From the IMG/VR virus record IMGVR_UViG_3300015024_000001, positions 67,992 through 131,991 of that record: a stretch of DNA of 64,000 nt; one strand, given 5' to 3'. The position numbers were made by a program, and so were the translations under genes. The notes beneath the pieces are model-generated. The model saw nothing but the letters and a program-made list of their open reading frames with translations, was not told where the DNA came from and ran no database searches. Positions 31,123 to 41,103 of the stretch are shown piece by piece. The stretch's first letter is position 1. Every line of letters starts with the position of its first letter. This stretch comes from a virus.

Positions 31123-31909
31123 CGCTGTTATAGCTTTAGTAGGTTGTGGAGGCACTGGTTCATATCTTTGTGACCACTTAGGTCGTTTATTTGGTTCTCA
31201 TGGGGAACTACGTAGAATAAATCCCCTTTTATTTCTACTTATTGATGCTGATGTAGTCTCTGAATCTAATATAGTTCGGCAGAACTTTAATTATAGAGAG
31301 ATTAATGAGCAAAAAGGATTAACGCTACAGCATAGATTAGAACAACGATATAATGTACCATCAGTAGACTTCTGGGCTTCCTTTGCTAATAAGAAACTTC
31401 TAGAAAAATTATTTAAGAAGACGGCTAGAAACCCATTGATAATTATATCTTGTGTTGATAACCATAGAACACGTAACAGAATCATGTCTACTTTAAAACC
31501 AGATCCTGATTCTTATGTAGGAGCTAGAGAGACTAACTGGCTTTACCTTGATGCTGGGAATACTGTCACTGATGGTTGGGTTAGTGCTATGGGTGTATAT
31601 AGTGGTCAACCATTTGGAGTTGATATGCGTATGCAGGACGCAGCTATACGTAGTAATACTATAGATGAAGCTCCTACTCTTAATATGAGTGGAAGAGAGA
31701 TACAAGGTTGTGGTGCGGTAACAAGTTCACCAGAAACCTACTTCGATAACCAAATGAATAGCTATTTATTGGCTAGTCAACTAAGATCTATAGTATTGAA
31801 AGGTAAAGGTTATGGTTTGTTAGCACACAAGAGAAGTGATCTTGATGCAGAAGATTGGATGACACAGAGTTATGAAAACCACTATTTAGCTCCTTTCACT
31901 CTCCCTTAA
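31106..31909 (+). CDS. ThiF/E1-like adenylyltransferase
   Basis: VGCGGTGS, DADVVSESNIVRQNF, SCVDNHRTR, YLDAGN, candidate catalytic Cys in IQGCG. Confidence 0.9.
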   Translation: MLKFNSAVIALVGCGGTGSYLCDHLGRLFGSHGELRRINPLLFLLIDADVVSESNIVRQNFNYREINEQKGLTLQHRLEQRYNVPSVDFWASFANKKLLEKLFKKTARNPLIIISCVDNHRTRNRIMSTLKPDPDSYVGARETNWLYLDAGNTVTDGWVSAMGVYSGQPFGVDMRMQDAAIRSNTIDEAPTLNMSGREIQGCGAVTSSPETYFDNQMNSYLLASQLRSIVLKGKGYGLLAHKRSDLDAEDWMTQSYENHYLAPFTLP

Positions 31910-32044
31910 TTAAATGCTAATATGTTTACCATCAACTACAAACTTATTTTCAAAGAAGTTTAATCACCTATTAACTACTAACAGAGAAAGAAAAACTCTC
32001 AGAAAACTCTCGTCAACAAACCTACACATAAATAAATAAAACAT

Positions 32045-33305
32045 ATGGCTGGTAAAAAACCTTGTAAAAAACCATCAGCACTAGCAAGATGGAAAGATGC
32101 AGTAAATTATGATGCTCGTGCAAAAGCACAAAATTGGTTACGTTTTCTAAAACGTGATACTGCTATTATCACACCTGAAGAAATTGGTCTTCTAGAGAAG
32201 AATGGTTTTGCTATTAATTATAAAGGCAAAATGTCAGGTGCAAGAAGCCGAGTAAAAGCAGTTGGTATGCAAGCAGTTATACAAGCTATTCGTATGTGTG
32301 AAGATGTACATAAAGTTGTTTCTGCTGTCAAAAATAATGACTGGACATCTGTTACACGTTTATTGCAACCACTAGGACTACCTATGGATTATAAAAAGGT
32401 GATTATAAGTGTTTAATCATAAACTGAAAGAACAAATTATACAGTTAAAAGAACAATACAGTATTGTATATAATCTTTTACAACAGAAACAAGACAATGT
32501 TATGGCTTTAAAACGTCAGGTTGTTGAACTACAAGATAACCTTATGTCTGTGCAACGTACTTTGTCTGCTCTAAGGCAACAACCACAGTCAAAATTACCT
32601 ACTCACTTCTATACTGATCTTAAAAATAAGATTGAGAGTGCTATCAATCATTACACAGATGATTCTCTCAAAGAGCGTATTACAGAGAGTATTGCCAATC
32701 AAGTAGCTGACTATTTGAGTGAAATTATTGATCCTATTTTCTATCCTGATTCTAACGAAGATGAATATGATGAAGACGAAGACGATTAAATAATCACAAA
32801 GTAGGTGGCTAATAACTACCTACTTGCTTTCTATGGTTATGATATATAAAGAAATATACAAAGCAAAATATCATGGTATGATGTTCAGAGTTCTGCAACA
32901 CAAAGAGACAGGTAAGTATCATATCTGTCGTGATTTATTTTTTAACATAAAATACTTATATGATTTTGAACTAAAGTACAGGGATGCTGCTATAGATTGT
33001 ATAAGCCCTGACATGTGGTATATACATATATGGCATTTTGGTTATATACTATGATTTGTGTTATATCTTTTAACTTGACACAAGATAATTGTGTGAGGTT
33101 TTTACGTGGGATTGCTCTCTACAAAGCTGTACTGAAAAATAATTTCACTGTTGAAAGAACTGAAGATTTAAGAAATATTAAATCAATCTCTTCTTGTATC
33201 TCTTGGTATCTAGTAGAGTTTTGTACTATTTCTGATTTTACATTCTTTAAAGAAAGATATCCAGAATTTAATTATATAGAGCAGGAGAATACATATGATA
33301 ACTAA
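32045..33305 (+). CDS. cluster of small hypothetical genes (32045-32416, 32409-32789, ~32840-33054, ~33051-33305)
   Basis: Co-directional overlapping ORFs. Confidence 0.55.
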
Positions 33306-33451
33306 TTGGTTACTATGTTTGTTTGGTTTGTCAGAAATTGTTGCTGAACAAGCTTTTGAAATTGATCGTTTACAAATGAACTGCGATATGTATGTACAAC
33401 TAGCTATTATAGATGCAAATATTATAAGAAAATTAGCTGAGATTAATCTAA

Positions 33452-33940
33452 TTGAAAATAATTAAAGGAGATATATTACAAGTCTTTGCACAAGCTGAAC
33501 AAGCTTTTTTATTGCATGGTGTCTCTTGTCAATCTGTACTACATAAGGGACTTGACAAACAAATTATTACAAGTTACCCTCTATTACTCGATCAACATCG
33601 TAGAAATATACGACAGTTCGGTACTGAAATGTTAATAGGGTCTTGTACGTTTTTTGCTACAGAAACAGGGCATAAAACAAAAGATATTGTCAACCTATAT
33701 CAACAGTTAGAAGTTGGTCGTCATAAGCAGCAAATTGATTACGATTATTTTCGCTATGCTTTGGAAGACTTCTGCAAATATCTTACTGATGGTTTAGAAC
33801 TTGTACCTATCTATATACCAGAGGGTATCGGATCAAATAATGCTGGAGGTGATAAAAAAATTATTCTTTCAATCATTGAAGAAATCTTACCTATGGCAAT
33901 ACTAGTGGAGTACAAAGATGCAAATATACAGCAAACATAA
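33452..33940 (+). CDS. macrodomain (ADP-ribose binding/hydrolase-like) protein, divergent
   Basis: IIKGDIL, LHGVSC, IVNLYQQ, IPEGIGSNNAGG. Confidence 0.7.
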   Translation: MKIIKGDILQVFAQAEQAFLLHGVSCQSVLHKGLDKQIITSYPLLLDQHRRNIRQFGTEMLIGSCTFFATETGHKTKDIVNLYQQLEVGRHKQQIDYDYFRYALEDFCKYLTDGLELVPIYIPEGIGSNNAGGDKKIILSIIEEILPMAILVEYKDANIQQT

Positions 33941-34640
33941 AGACTACTATGATGGTCAACTTATACAGATATCTTCACTTGATAGTTTTGTAAGACAAGC
34001 AGAGTGTAAAGAGAATGTAGCAGTTAGCGCACTACCACAAGATATTTTAAAGCTATCTCTAGATAATAGATTACAATATCTTTTTTGTTGTGGTGTGCTA
34101 TATCCTTTTATTGAAAATACTGTCACAAAAGAAGTAGAAAGATATGACTATAAAGGTAAACCTGTCTCATCGTCTGTTACAAATACTTCTTTTCTATGGA
34201 CTTACAGTGAAATAAAAAACTACCTTCAAGAACACGATCAATTATCTTTTTGTTTTGAGGAAGAACTTGAAGCTGTTTTCCACTTAAATATGAGTGATTT
34301 TACATTATTAAACAGTATACAGTTAGTATCTGGTGTTTGCTACTTTGTGTTTAAGCCTCATCACACATATAGATATCCAAATAGATTTGGTAGAAGTGCT
34401 ATTGCTGGAAACCTATTGACATATCCTTCATTACAAGATATACAAGCTTATAAAATACTCGATCCTTATACAGTAGCCCAACAAATTGATTACTGGTTAG
34501 GAAACATTTTTGTATCTGATAACTGTCTCTCATTACAAACTAACAATGAGAAGATAGTAGCATATGGTCACGATCTTCATGTGTCTTTTAGAGATAGTTC
34601 AGGAAAAGGTAAAAAGAAAAATGCTAGAAAATCAAATTGA
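33918..34640 (+). CDS. hypothetical phage protein
   Basis: I.SK.KDYYD start; DPYTVAQQI..EKI..YG.D...SFR end. Confidence 0.7.
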   Translation: MQIYSKHKDYYDGQLIQISSLDSFVRQAECKENVAVSALPQDILKLSLDNRLQYLFCCGVLYPFIENTVTKEVERYDYKGKPVSSSVTNTSFLWTYSEIKNYLQEHDQLSFCFEEELEAVFHLNMSDFTLLNSIQLVSGVCYFVFKPHHTYRYPNRFGRSAIAGNLLTYPSLQDIQAYKILDPYTVAQQIDYWLGNIFVSDNCLSLQTNNEKIVAYGHDLHVSFRDSSGKGKKKNARKSN

Positions 34641-35075
34641 AATATATGAAAATAAAGTCTACAAAACTAGACAACAACTATTATATAGCGCACAACCATT
34701 AATTAATAACTTTTGTAAACAGTATGAGCTTACTTTTACTGCGGGTATGGGTAGTTTCTCATTTAATTTCAGTAAAAAAGACCATTCTGACAGTTATATA
34801 TGAGGAGTTTTTAGATGAATTAAATCCAGAACTATTTGCTCTACTAAACTATCAATTGGAAGATCATAACGCTCTAGGAACTAGTCTTGAAAACTACACT
34901 CAACAAGTGATTGAGTTTGTTTATATATATAGAGATAACAACACAGATAAATTAACTATACATAAAGAACCAACAGATTTAGTCAGTATTACTAACTATG
35001 GTGATATGTCTTTAAAACTTGCAAATACAGTACTAGAAAGACCTGATGCTGTAGAATTATTAAACTTTTACTAAG

Positions 35076-36182
35076 ATGAACAGAAAAGAAGTAGAAACAA
35101 ATACTATATTACTATGTCTAACTGGAAGTAGACTGTATGGTATTGATAACATTGATTCAGATTATGATTATAAAGGTATATGCATACCTCCGCTAAAATA
35201 CTTCTTTGGTAATTTTGGTTTTGAACAATTTGATGATTTTAAAGATGAATTTCAAGCTAAAAACTACATATATTCTGTACTAACAAATACAGATTCACAA
35301 ATATATAACATTAAAAAGTATATTAATTTAGGTTTGCTTAACAATCCTAATATTCTTGAACTTTTATGGGTTGCACCTGAACATTATATCGTAAAGACAC
35401 CATTAGCAGATCGACTAATTGCTCTGAGAGAACTATTTCTTTCTACGAAAGTTTATTATAGCTACAGTGGATATGCTTATTCTCAGATCAAACGTGTAAA
35501 AACACATAGAGGTTGGTTACAAGCTTATCGTGCTGATTCTGCATTTTTTAATATACCACCTAACCCTAAAGACTATGGTTTGGAAGAAAACCCACTACGC
35601 AAAGAACAGTTAAACGCTTTTCTTGAGTTTTTATATATCTTGATTGATGATGCTGCTCAGTACCATGAAATTCGTGATACTATTTTTCCACATATTGACT
35701 TCAAAGGGTTATTAAAACAGTATAAAATTAAACCAGAGTTATTAGATGCTGTACAGTATTATACACGTGGTACAGATGACTTCATGACTTTGTTACATAA
35801 TACACAAAGCTATAGGCAGGCTAAACAAGAGTATGATGCGTTTCATAGCTGGAAAACAAACCGTAATAGTAAACGTGCAGCCTTAGAAGAGAAAGTAGGT
35901 ATGGATTGTAAGCATATAGCTCATGCTTATCGTCTGTTAAAATCAGGTATTGAAATTCTTAATGGTCAAGGTGTAATCCCTGATCGTCGTATAGCTGGTG
36001 ACTCTACTTATATTCGACAAATTCGTAATGGAGAGGTTGAGTATGATGATATTATGCAACAAGTATATACTTTGATGATTGATCTTGAAATAGCAAAAGA
36101 CAATACAAAACTACCATATCAACCAGATCGTAAAACCATAGAAAATGAAATGATTGCAATTATTAAGGAGTATCTATTATGA
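35076..36182 (+). CDS. Pol-beta-family nucleotidyltransferase (YcgL/RlaP-like)
   Basis: GSRLYG...DSDYDYKG, NNPNILELL, GYAYSQ, D.KH..H..RLL. Confidence 0.85.
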   Translation: MNRKEVETNTILLCLTGSRLYGIDNIDSDYDYKGICIPPLKYFFGNFGFEQFDDFKDEFQAKNYIYSVLTNTDSQIYNIKKYINLGLLNNPNILELLWVAPEHYIVKTPLADRLIALRELFLSTKVYYSYSGYAYSQIKRVKTHRGWLQAYRADSAFFNIPPNPKDYGLEENPLRKEQLNAFLEFLYILIDDAAQYHEIRDTIFPHIDFKGLLKQYKIKPELLDAVQYYTRGTDDFMTLLHNTQSYRQAKQEYDAFHSWKTNRNSKRAALEEKVGMDCKHIAHAYRLLKSGIEILNGQGVIPDRRIAGDSTYIRQIRNGEVEYDDIMQQVYTLMIDLEIAKDNTKLPYQPDRKTIENEMIAIIKEYLL

Positions 36183-36388
36183 CTATTAATTGGTTGCCAA
36201 TTAAAACTGCACCGTTAGATGGCACACATATTTTAATATGTGATAACTATGATGTTTGGAAAGCTTATTATAAAGATAATAGATGGTATTGTGATTCTTG
36301 TCAAATTGAGAATCAAACATTTTTATTTTATGAACCTATATACTGGCTACCTATTACCGATCTCTTAAAATCAATAGGGCATTTATGA
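36179..36388 (+). CDS. DUF551-like small protein
   Basis: W.PI.TAP.DGT.IL...P.YW.P. Confidence 0.7.
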   Translation: MTINWLPIKTAPLDGTHILICDNYDVWKAYYKDNRWYCDSCQIENQTFLFYEPIYWLPITDLLKSIGHL

Positions 36389-36506
36389 ATAAAGTATTTA
36401 AAAACTACAAAGAGCATCCAGTTTTAAAGTATGACGACCCTAAGCTCATATTTAAAATAGATGCTAAAGTGTATATAATCAAAAATGGTCTCGTCAATCA
36501 GATTAT
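36385..36506 (+). pseudogene. small gene interrupted by the IS605 element; continues at 38183
   Basis: Removing the IS gives ..NQI-I-GYERLTNTSV* in frame. Confidence 0.5.
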
Positions 36507-36535
36507 CGGAGAAATGGGTTTAAAACCCCGTGCTT

Positions 36536-36937
36536 CTAGCACGGCTTTTCTTGATTCTGAATGTACTGTTTGAGTATCTCTAAAGGCGCGCCGCCAATAG
36601 AAGACGCAAAATAACTAGGACTCCATAAAGCATCTTTACCATAAGGCTTAGGATGACCAGCTTGACCGTATTTTCGGCTTGAGACACCTTTTAAAGCGTT
36701 AACTATTTGAGATACGGATAGTTTAGGCGGGTACTCAATCAAAGCGTGAATATGATCTGATTCACCATTAAATTCCTGTACCTGAAAATTCATTTTTGTT
36801 GATACTTCTCTGAATGATTTTTCAATCACTGCCAAACTCTCAAGCGTAAAGATTTTACACCTATATTTTGCAACACAGACCAAATGCATTTTAAGGTCAG
36901 AGACACTATGCCTCTCTTTACGTAAACAGGTTGTCAT
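36536..36937 (-). CDS. tnpA: IS200/IS605 Y1 transposase
   Basis: HLVCVAKYR, DHIH, LKGVSS, LWSPSYF, QYIQNQ. Confidence 0.95.
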   Translation of the reverse strand: MTTCLRKERHSVSDLKMHLVCVAKYRCKIFTLESLAVIEKSFREVSTKMNFQVQEFNGESDHIHALIEYPPKLSVSQIVNALKGVSSRKYGQAGHPKPYGKDALWSPSYFASSIGGAPLEILKQYIQNQEKPC

Positions 36938-36988
36938 TCTAAGCAGACCAATGTATAATAAACCTACAGACCAATTTTAGCATAAGCA

Positions 36989-38173
36989 ATGAAAGCTAGG
37001 TATCAATACAGATTTTACCCAACTAACCAACAGCAAAAGAGCCTAGCTCAATTGTTTGGCTGTGTTCGCGTGGTCTGGAATGATGCTTTAGCACTTTGCA
37101 AGGCTTCTGCTAAGGCAATTGGTTTTAACAAACTTTCAGCTATGCTTACTCAGTCTAAAAAGACTGAAGAGAGGCAGTGGCTTAAAGATGTATCGTCTGT
37201 ACCGTTGCAGCAATCCCTAAGATATTTAGATGTCGCTTATCGCAACTTTTTTAATTCTCTAAAAGGAAAGCGAAAAGGTAGAAAAGTTGGTTCGCCAAAA
37301 TTCAAGAGAAAAACTAATAATCAATCTGCTGAGTTTACCAAAGCAGCATTTTCTCTTTCTAAAGATGGTGTTTATTTAGCCAAGATAGGAGATATCAAGC
37401 CAGTATGGTCTAGGAAATTACCGTCAGAGCCTAGCTCTGTAACGGTAATTAAAGATTGTGCTAACCGATATTTTCTTAGCTTTGTAGTGGATATAGAGCC
37501 AGAGCATATTGAACCGATTAATCCATCGGTAGGGATCGATCTAGGGATCAAAACTTTTGCTGTACTCAGTACTGGCGAAAAGTTTCAAAGCCCTGATTAC
37601 TCCAAATTGGATAAGAAGGTCAGGAAGTTGCAACGTAAGCTAGCAAAGCAATCTAAAGGCTCTAACAGACGGCACAAAACCCGACTGAGAATCGCCAAAA
37701 AACATAACAAGATTTCTGATACTCGCAACGACTTTCTGCATAAAGTTTCTACTGAAGTGGTACGCAAAAACCAAGCAATCACTTTAGAAGACCTCAATGT
37801 TTCTGGCATGGTCAAAAATCGCAAACTTGCACGGGCAATTAGTCAGCAAGGATGGAGAGAGTTTAGAACTCTTTGCGAAGCCAAATCTGAAAAGTATGGC
37901 AGAACTTTTTCAACGGTTAGCCGTTGGGAACCTACCAGTCAAATTTGCTCAGATTGCGGATATCAATGGGGTAAATTAAATCTTAGTGTTAGATCTGTCA
38001 CTTGCATAAATTGTGGAGCTATCCATGATCGTGATGAGAATGCAGCTAAAAATATAGATAAAGTCGGGATAGGGAACTGCCACGACTCTAAACGAACGCG
38101 GAGAGATAATAAGACTACTTCGGTAGCGAATCTCAGTGATGCGTTAAGAATTACCGCTGCTTCAGCTCGGTGA
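36989..38173 (+). CDS. tnpB: RNA-guided endonuclease TnpB
   Basis: YRFYPT HTH, GIDLG, LEDL, CSDC..CINC zinc finger, DRDENAAKNI; RuvC D-E-D intact. Confidence 0.95.
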   Translation: MKARYQYRFYPTNQQQKSLAQLFGCVRVVWNDALALCKASAKAIGFNKLSAMLTQSKKTEERQWLKDVSSVPLQQSLRYLDVAYRNFFNSLKGKRKGRKVGSPKFKRKTNNQSAEFTKAAFSLSKDGVYLAKIGDIKPVWSRKLPSEPSSVTVIKDCANRYFLSFVVDIEPEHIEPINPSVGIDLGIKTFAVLSTGEKFQSPDYSKLDKKVRKLQRKLAKQSKGSNRRHKTRLRIAKKHNKISDTRNDFLHKVSTEVVRKNQAITLEDLNVSGMVKNRKLARAISQQGWREFRTLCEAKSEKYGRTFSTVSRWEPTSQICSDCGYQWGKLNLSVRSVTCINCGAIHDRDENAAKNIDKVGIGNCHDSKRTRRDNKTTSVANLSDALRITAASAR

Positions 38174-38267
38174 GTGTTTCAATGGCTACGAAAGATTAAC
38201 TAATACGTCTGTCTGAAGACATAAAACTACAGCTTACACAATATTACACAACAATACATATAAAATT

Positions 38268-38699
38268 ATGGCAACTTCACTAAGAACTCGTAAAAAATCA
38301 TCAGTATCCCCACAGCCAACAGTGCAAGATCTAGCAATATTGTTAAGTAGATGTTTAGGTTTAGACCTTACACAAGAATACGACCCTGATACTTTCTCTT
38401 CTATGGCAGTTGATATGTATCAAGCAACTGACCCTGATGTTTATACAGAGCAAGGTTTACAAATTTATACTTTATTGCAACAGTTATGCTTAACCACCCA
38501 ACAAGAAACTGCTATTGTAAAGACAGAACGTAGAACAAAAGTATGGTATCAACATTCATTAACGTTGCAAGACAAAACAGATAGTGAATTGGTAGATGAT
38601 ATTCTTGCTAATTATACTTTAGTTGTAAAATCTATCACCGATCCTAAAATCACAGAACCCGTAGCGTTTATTGCTATTGAGGTGCTTTTTAATGAGTAG
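38268..38699 (+). CDS. hypothetical protein
   Basis: 143-aa ORF. Confidence 0.65.
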   Translation: MATSLRTRKKSSVSPQPTVQDLAILLSRCLGLDLTQEYDPDTFSSMAVDMYQATDPDVYTEQGLQIYTLLQQLCLTTQQETAIVKTERRTKVWYQHSLTLQDKTDSELVDDILANYTLVVKSITDPKITEPVAFIAIEVLFNE

Positions 38700-39096
38700 T
38701 ATACTAGAACAAGTTACAAACCAAATCCGCGAAGCACGTTTGCAAGGTAATAAAGAAGTACTTGATAATCTTGTTATCTTAAAAGCTGATATTGCTCATG
38801 GGTTAAGCCAGAAACAGCCTGTCAAGGCACTCAAAACAATTACAGCCCTAATCACCTCTTATAAGCAAACTCAAGGCTTAATGCGAGAATCAGTGGCTGT
38901 ACAGCGATATCAAGATAAGATTAGTTTATTAGAATCTTTTCTAGTAGTAGATGATATGCTTGACACAAATAAAATGCAAGAGCTACTAGATATGGGTGAC
39001 TATCCTAGTATTCGTGATTGGATGTCGTTTCTTAAAGCAGAGTATATTGACCGTTATGATGGTAAACTAGCTTCAACTTTATACAATGGTAGGTAA
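38692..39096 (+). CDS. YqeY/GatB-like protein
   Basis: ILEQV..QI..AR..G.KE....L..LKA.I; LESFL; YDGKLAS. Confidence 0.55.
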   Translation: MSSILEQVTNQIREARLQGNKEVLDNLVILKADIAHGLSQKQPVKALKTITALITSYKQTQGLMRESVAVQRYQDKISLLESFLVVDDMLDTNKMQELLDMGDYPSIRDWMSFLKAEYIDRYDGKLASTLYNGR

Positions 39097-39098
39097 CT

Positions 39099-39827
39099 AT
39101 GAATTTAACAATAAAAACAAGTGGTAGTTTTGAATCTATACAAAGATTTAAAGCTGATGGTACTGAGTTTTGGTATGCTAGAGATTTAATGAAGCTTCTT
39201 GGTTATAGTAAATGGGATAGATTTGCAGATGTAATTGAACGAGCAAAAATATCGTGTGAAATTTCAGGAAATATTTGGGAAAATAACGCTTCCCGCCTAT
39301 GGGAAGCGTCTGGTAAAACTAAGCGTGAAAACTTTGAATTATCTAGATTTTTGTGCTACTTAATTGCCCAAAATGGTGATCCAAGAAAATCTGAGATCGC
39401 TGCAGCACAGACTTATTTTGCAGTAAGAACTAGGCAAGCAGAGATTATAGATGTACAACAACATCAACAACTAGCAACTCGTGACTCTGTTGATTATATA
39501 CAAGCTGCTGAAATACTTACAAAATTACCTGATAATCGTTTAACACGTTTGTTGAATCAAATGTTAGTATCTGAACTATCACTAATTTCTGTAAATCAAA
39601 AGCAATTAACACCAACTGAGGAGCAACCAAAACAATATATCACAGCAACAGTCCGAGCAGGACAACTTGGTTACACTACTAAACAGATTGGTAATGGTGC
39701 TACCCTTGGTAAATTTATCAAGCAACAAATTGAACCTAATTTCCTTGATTGGCAGGGTCAATATCAGGTAAATCATTATGAAGTATCTGATCAATTCGAT
39801 AAAGCTATCCATAACTACTTTAATTAA
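39099..39827 (+). CDS. DinD/BRO-N-domain protein (antirepressor-like)
   Basis: FESI..EFWYARDLM.LLGY..W..F..VI.RA..LSR..CYLIAQNGDPRK..IA.AQ.YFA..TR..E. Confidence 0.85.
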   Translation: MNLTIKTSGSFESIQRFKADGTEFWYARDLMKLLGYSKWDRFADVIERAKISCEISGNIWENNASRLWEASGKTKRENFELSRFLCYLIAQNGDPRKSEIAAAQTYFAVRTRQAEIIDVQQHQQLATRDSVDYIQAAEILTKLPDNRLTRLLNQMLVSELSLISVNQKQLTPTEEQPKQYITATVRAGQLGYTTKQIGNGATLGKFIKQQIEPNFLDWQGQYQVNHYEVSDQFDKAIHNYFN

Positions 39828-39829
39828 CT

Positions 39830-41103
39830 ATGGCAACTAAAACAATATCCGCGTCAACATTACAAGCTTATCTTGCAACACAACCACCTGACACTCAAAT
39901 CAACCTAGCTACACTAGCAACAATTATGCAAGATAGTAATTTACAAGAAGCTGTCACTTTCTTTTCTACGTTGAGTGAAATTAGAAAAGTAGAAATTATG
40001 TTTTACTTGTATAATTATTACTACAACATTCTTTCACAAGAATCTGTAAATAATGGTTGGTTGTTGGAATTAAGTGCTGACAATATTATGTTGCAAGACA
40101 TTGAGGACGATTTTATTATTAAGTTTAATCTTGATACTACACAACTTGTCCCACTCAGACGGTTGCTAGGACGACTACAACGTGAAACTTGTAAACAAAG
40201 GAACTATAAAAAAGAAGAAGTGATTGACACTATTGATCTGTCAGCTGGCAATAGTTGTGACTAAAACTGAAACTTATTTGTATCAACCCACTCCTGAAGA
40301 TGTAGAGAATTTTGAAGCTGTATGGATCAAACTTTGGCATCCTACTTTTAAAGAAATACCTATGGAACAATATACTTGTATATGTAACTTCGCATTTGAA
40401 GTATTTATAGCAGGAGTCAATCAAAATAAACATAATATCATATTAGATTTAGAAAGGACACTTAACCAATGATTAGTTTTGCAAACAAGAATAAAGCTGA
40501 AGTTCTAAAAGCACTTTGGGAAAACTCGAAAGCACAAGGAATGTCTTTCCGACATCTACCAGAATCAGGTGAAATTACACTTGTACAATGTTCTGCTGCA
40601 CTAGCAGTTAGTTCCTATGTTGATTATTTCTCTGGAAAAGTAATTAAAGTTGACTTTTCTAGTGAAGCTTTCGATCCTAGAAGTTATGACCGAGACAATG
40701 GTGATGGTGCTGCTACAAAAGTACTACAAGGTATGTTATAATATACTAGTCGTTTCATCAGACTAGTATGTTTGCACCTAAGACAAAATGTATTATGTAT
40801 AGTGGTAAGGATGATGTAGTCCTAGGATCATACGATCAAGGATTGCACTATCCTTCCATATACACAATACAACACTACGACTCTAACCAAAATATAGTAC
40901 GTCTATATAATGCACCTGAGATTGATTTCTCTGTAACTTCTGATGGTTGGGGCTTTTCTCGTGCATTAGCTTTTCAATCAGTTTGGTGGCAGAGAAAGTT
41001 TGTAACATTAGATGTATTTTTAGCTACAGCTTCTCCACAATTATCTTATTACAACAAACTCCAAGAGATTTATGGCAATTACACTTCCAACATCAACAAT
41101 TGA
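39830..41103 (+). CDS. cluster of four small hypothetical genes
   Basis: 39830-40264, ~40257-40472, 40469-40741, 40768-41103. Confidence 0.55.

Larger units (their letters stand above)
36507..38182 (+). mobile_element. IS605-type element (divergent tnpA and tnpB) inserted after TTAT
   Basis: Left hairpin CCGTGC-TTCTA-GCACGG with AAAA guide at +16..19; right end GAAT-hairpin-TCAA. Confidence 0.9.

Noticed and set aside
40744-40768. CTGATGAAAC on the minus strand as a third hammerhead
   Set aside because: No stem II between CTGATGA and GAAA; it is a simple hairpin
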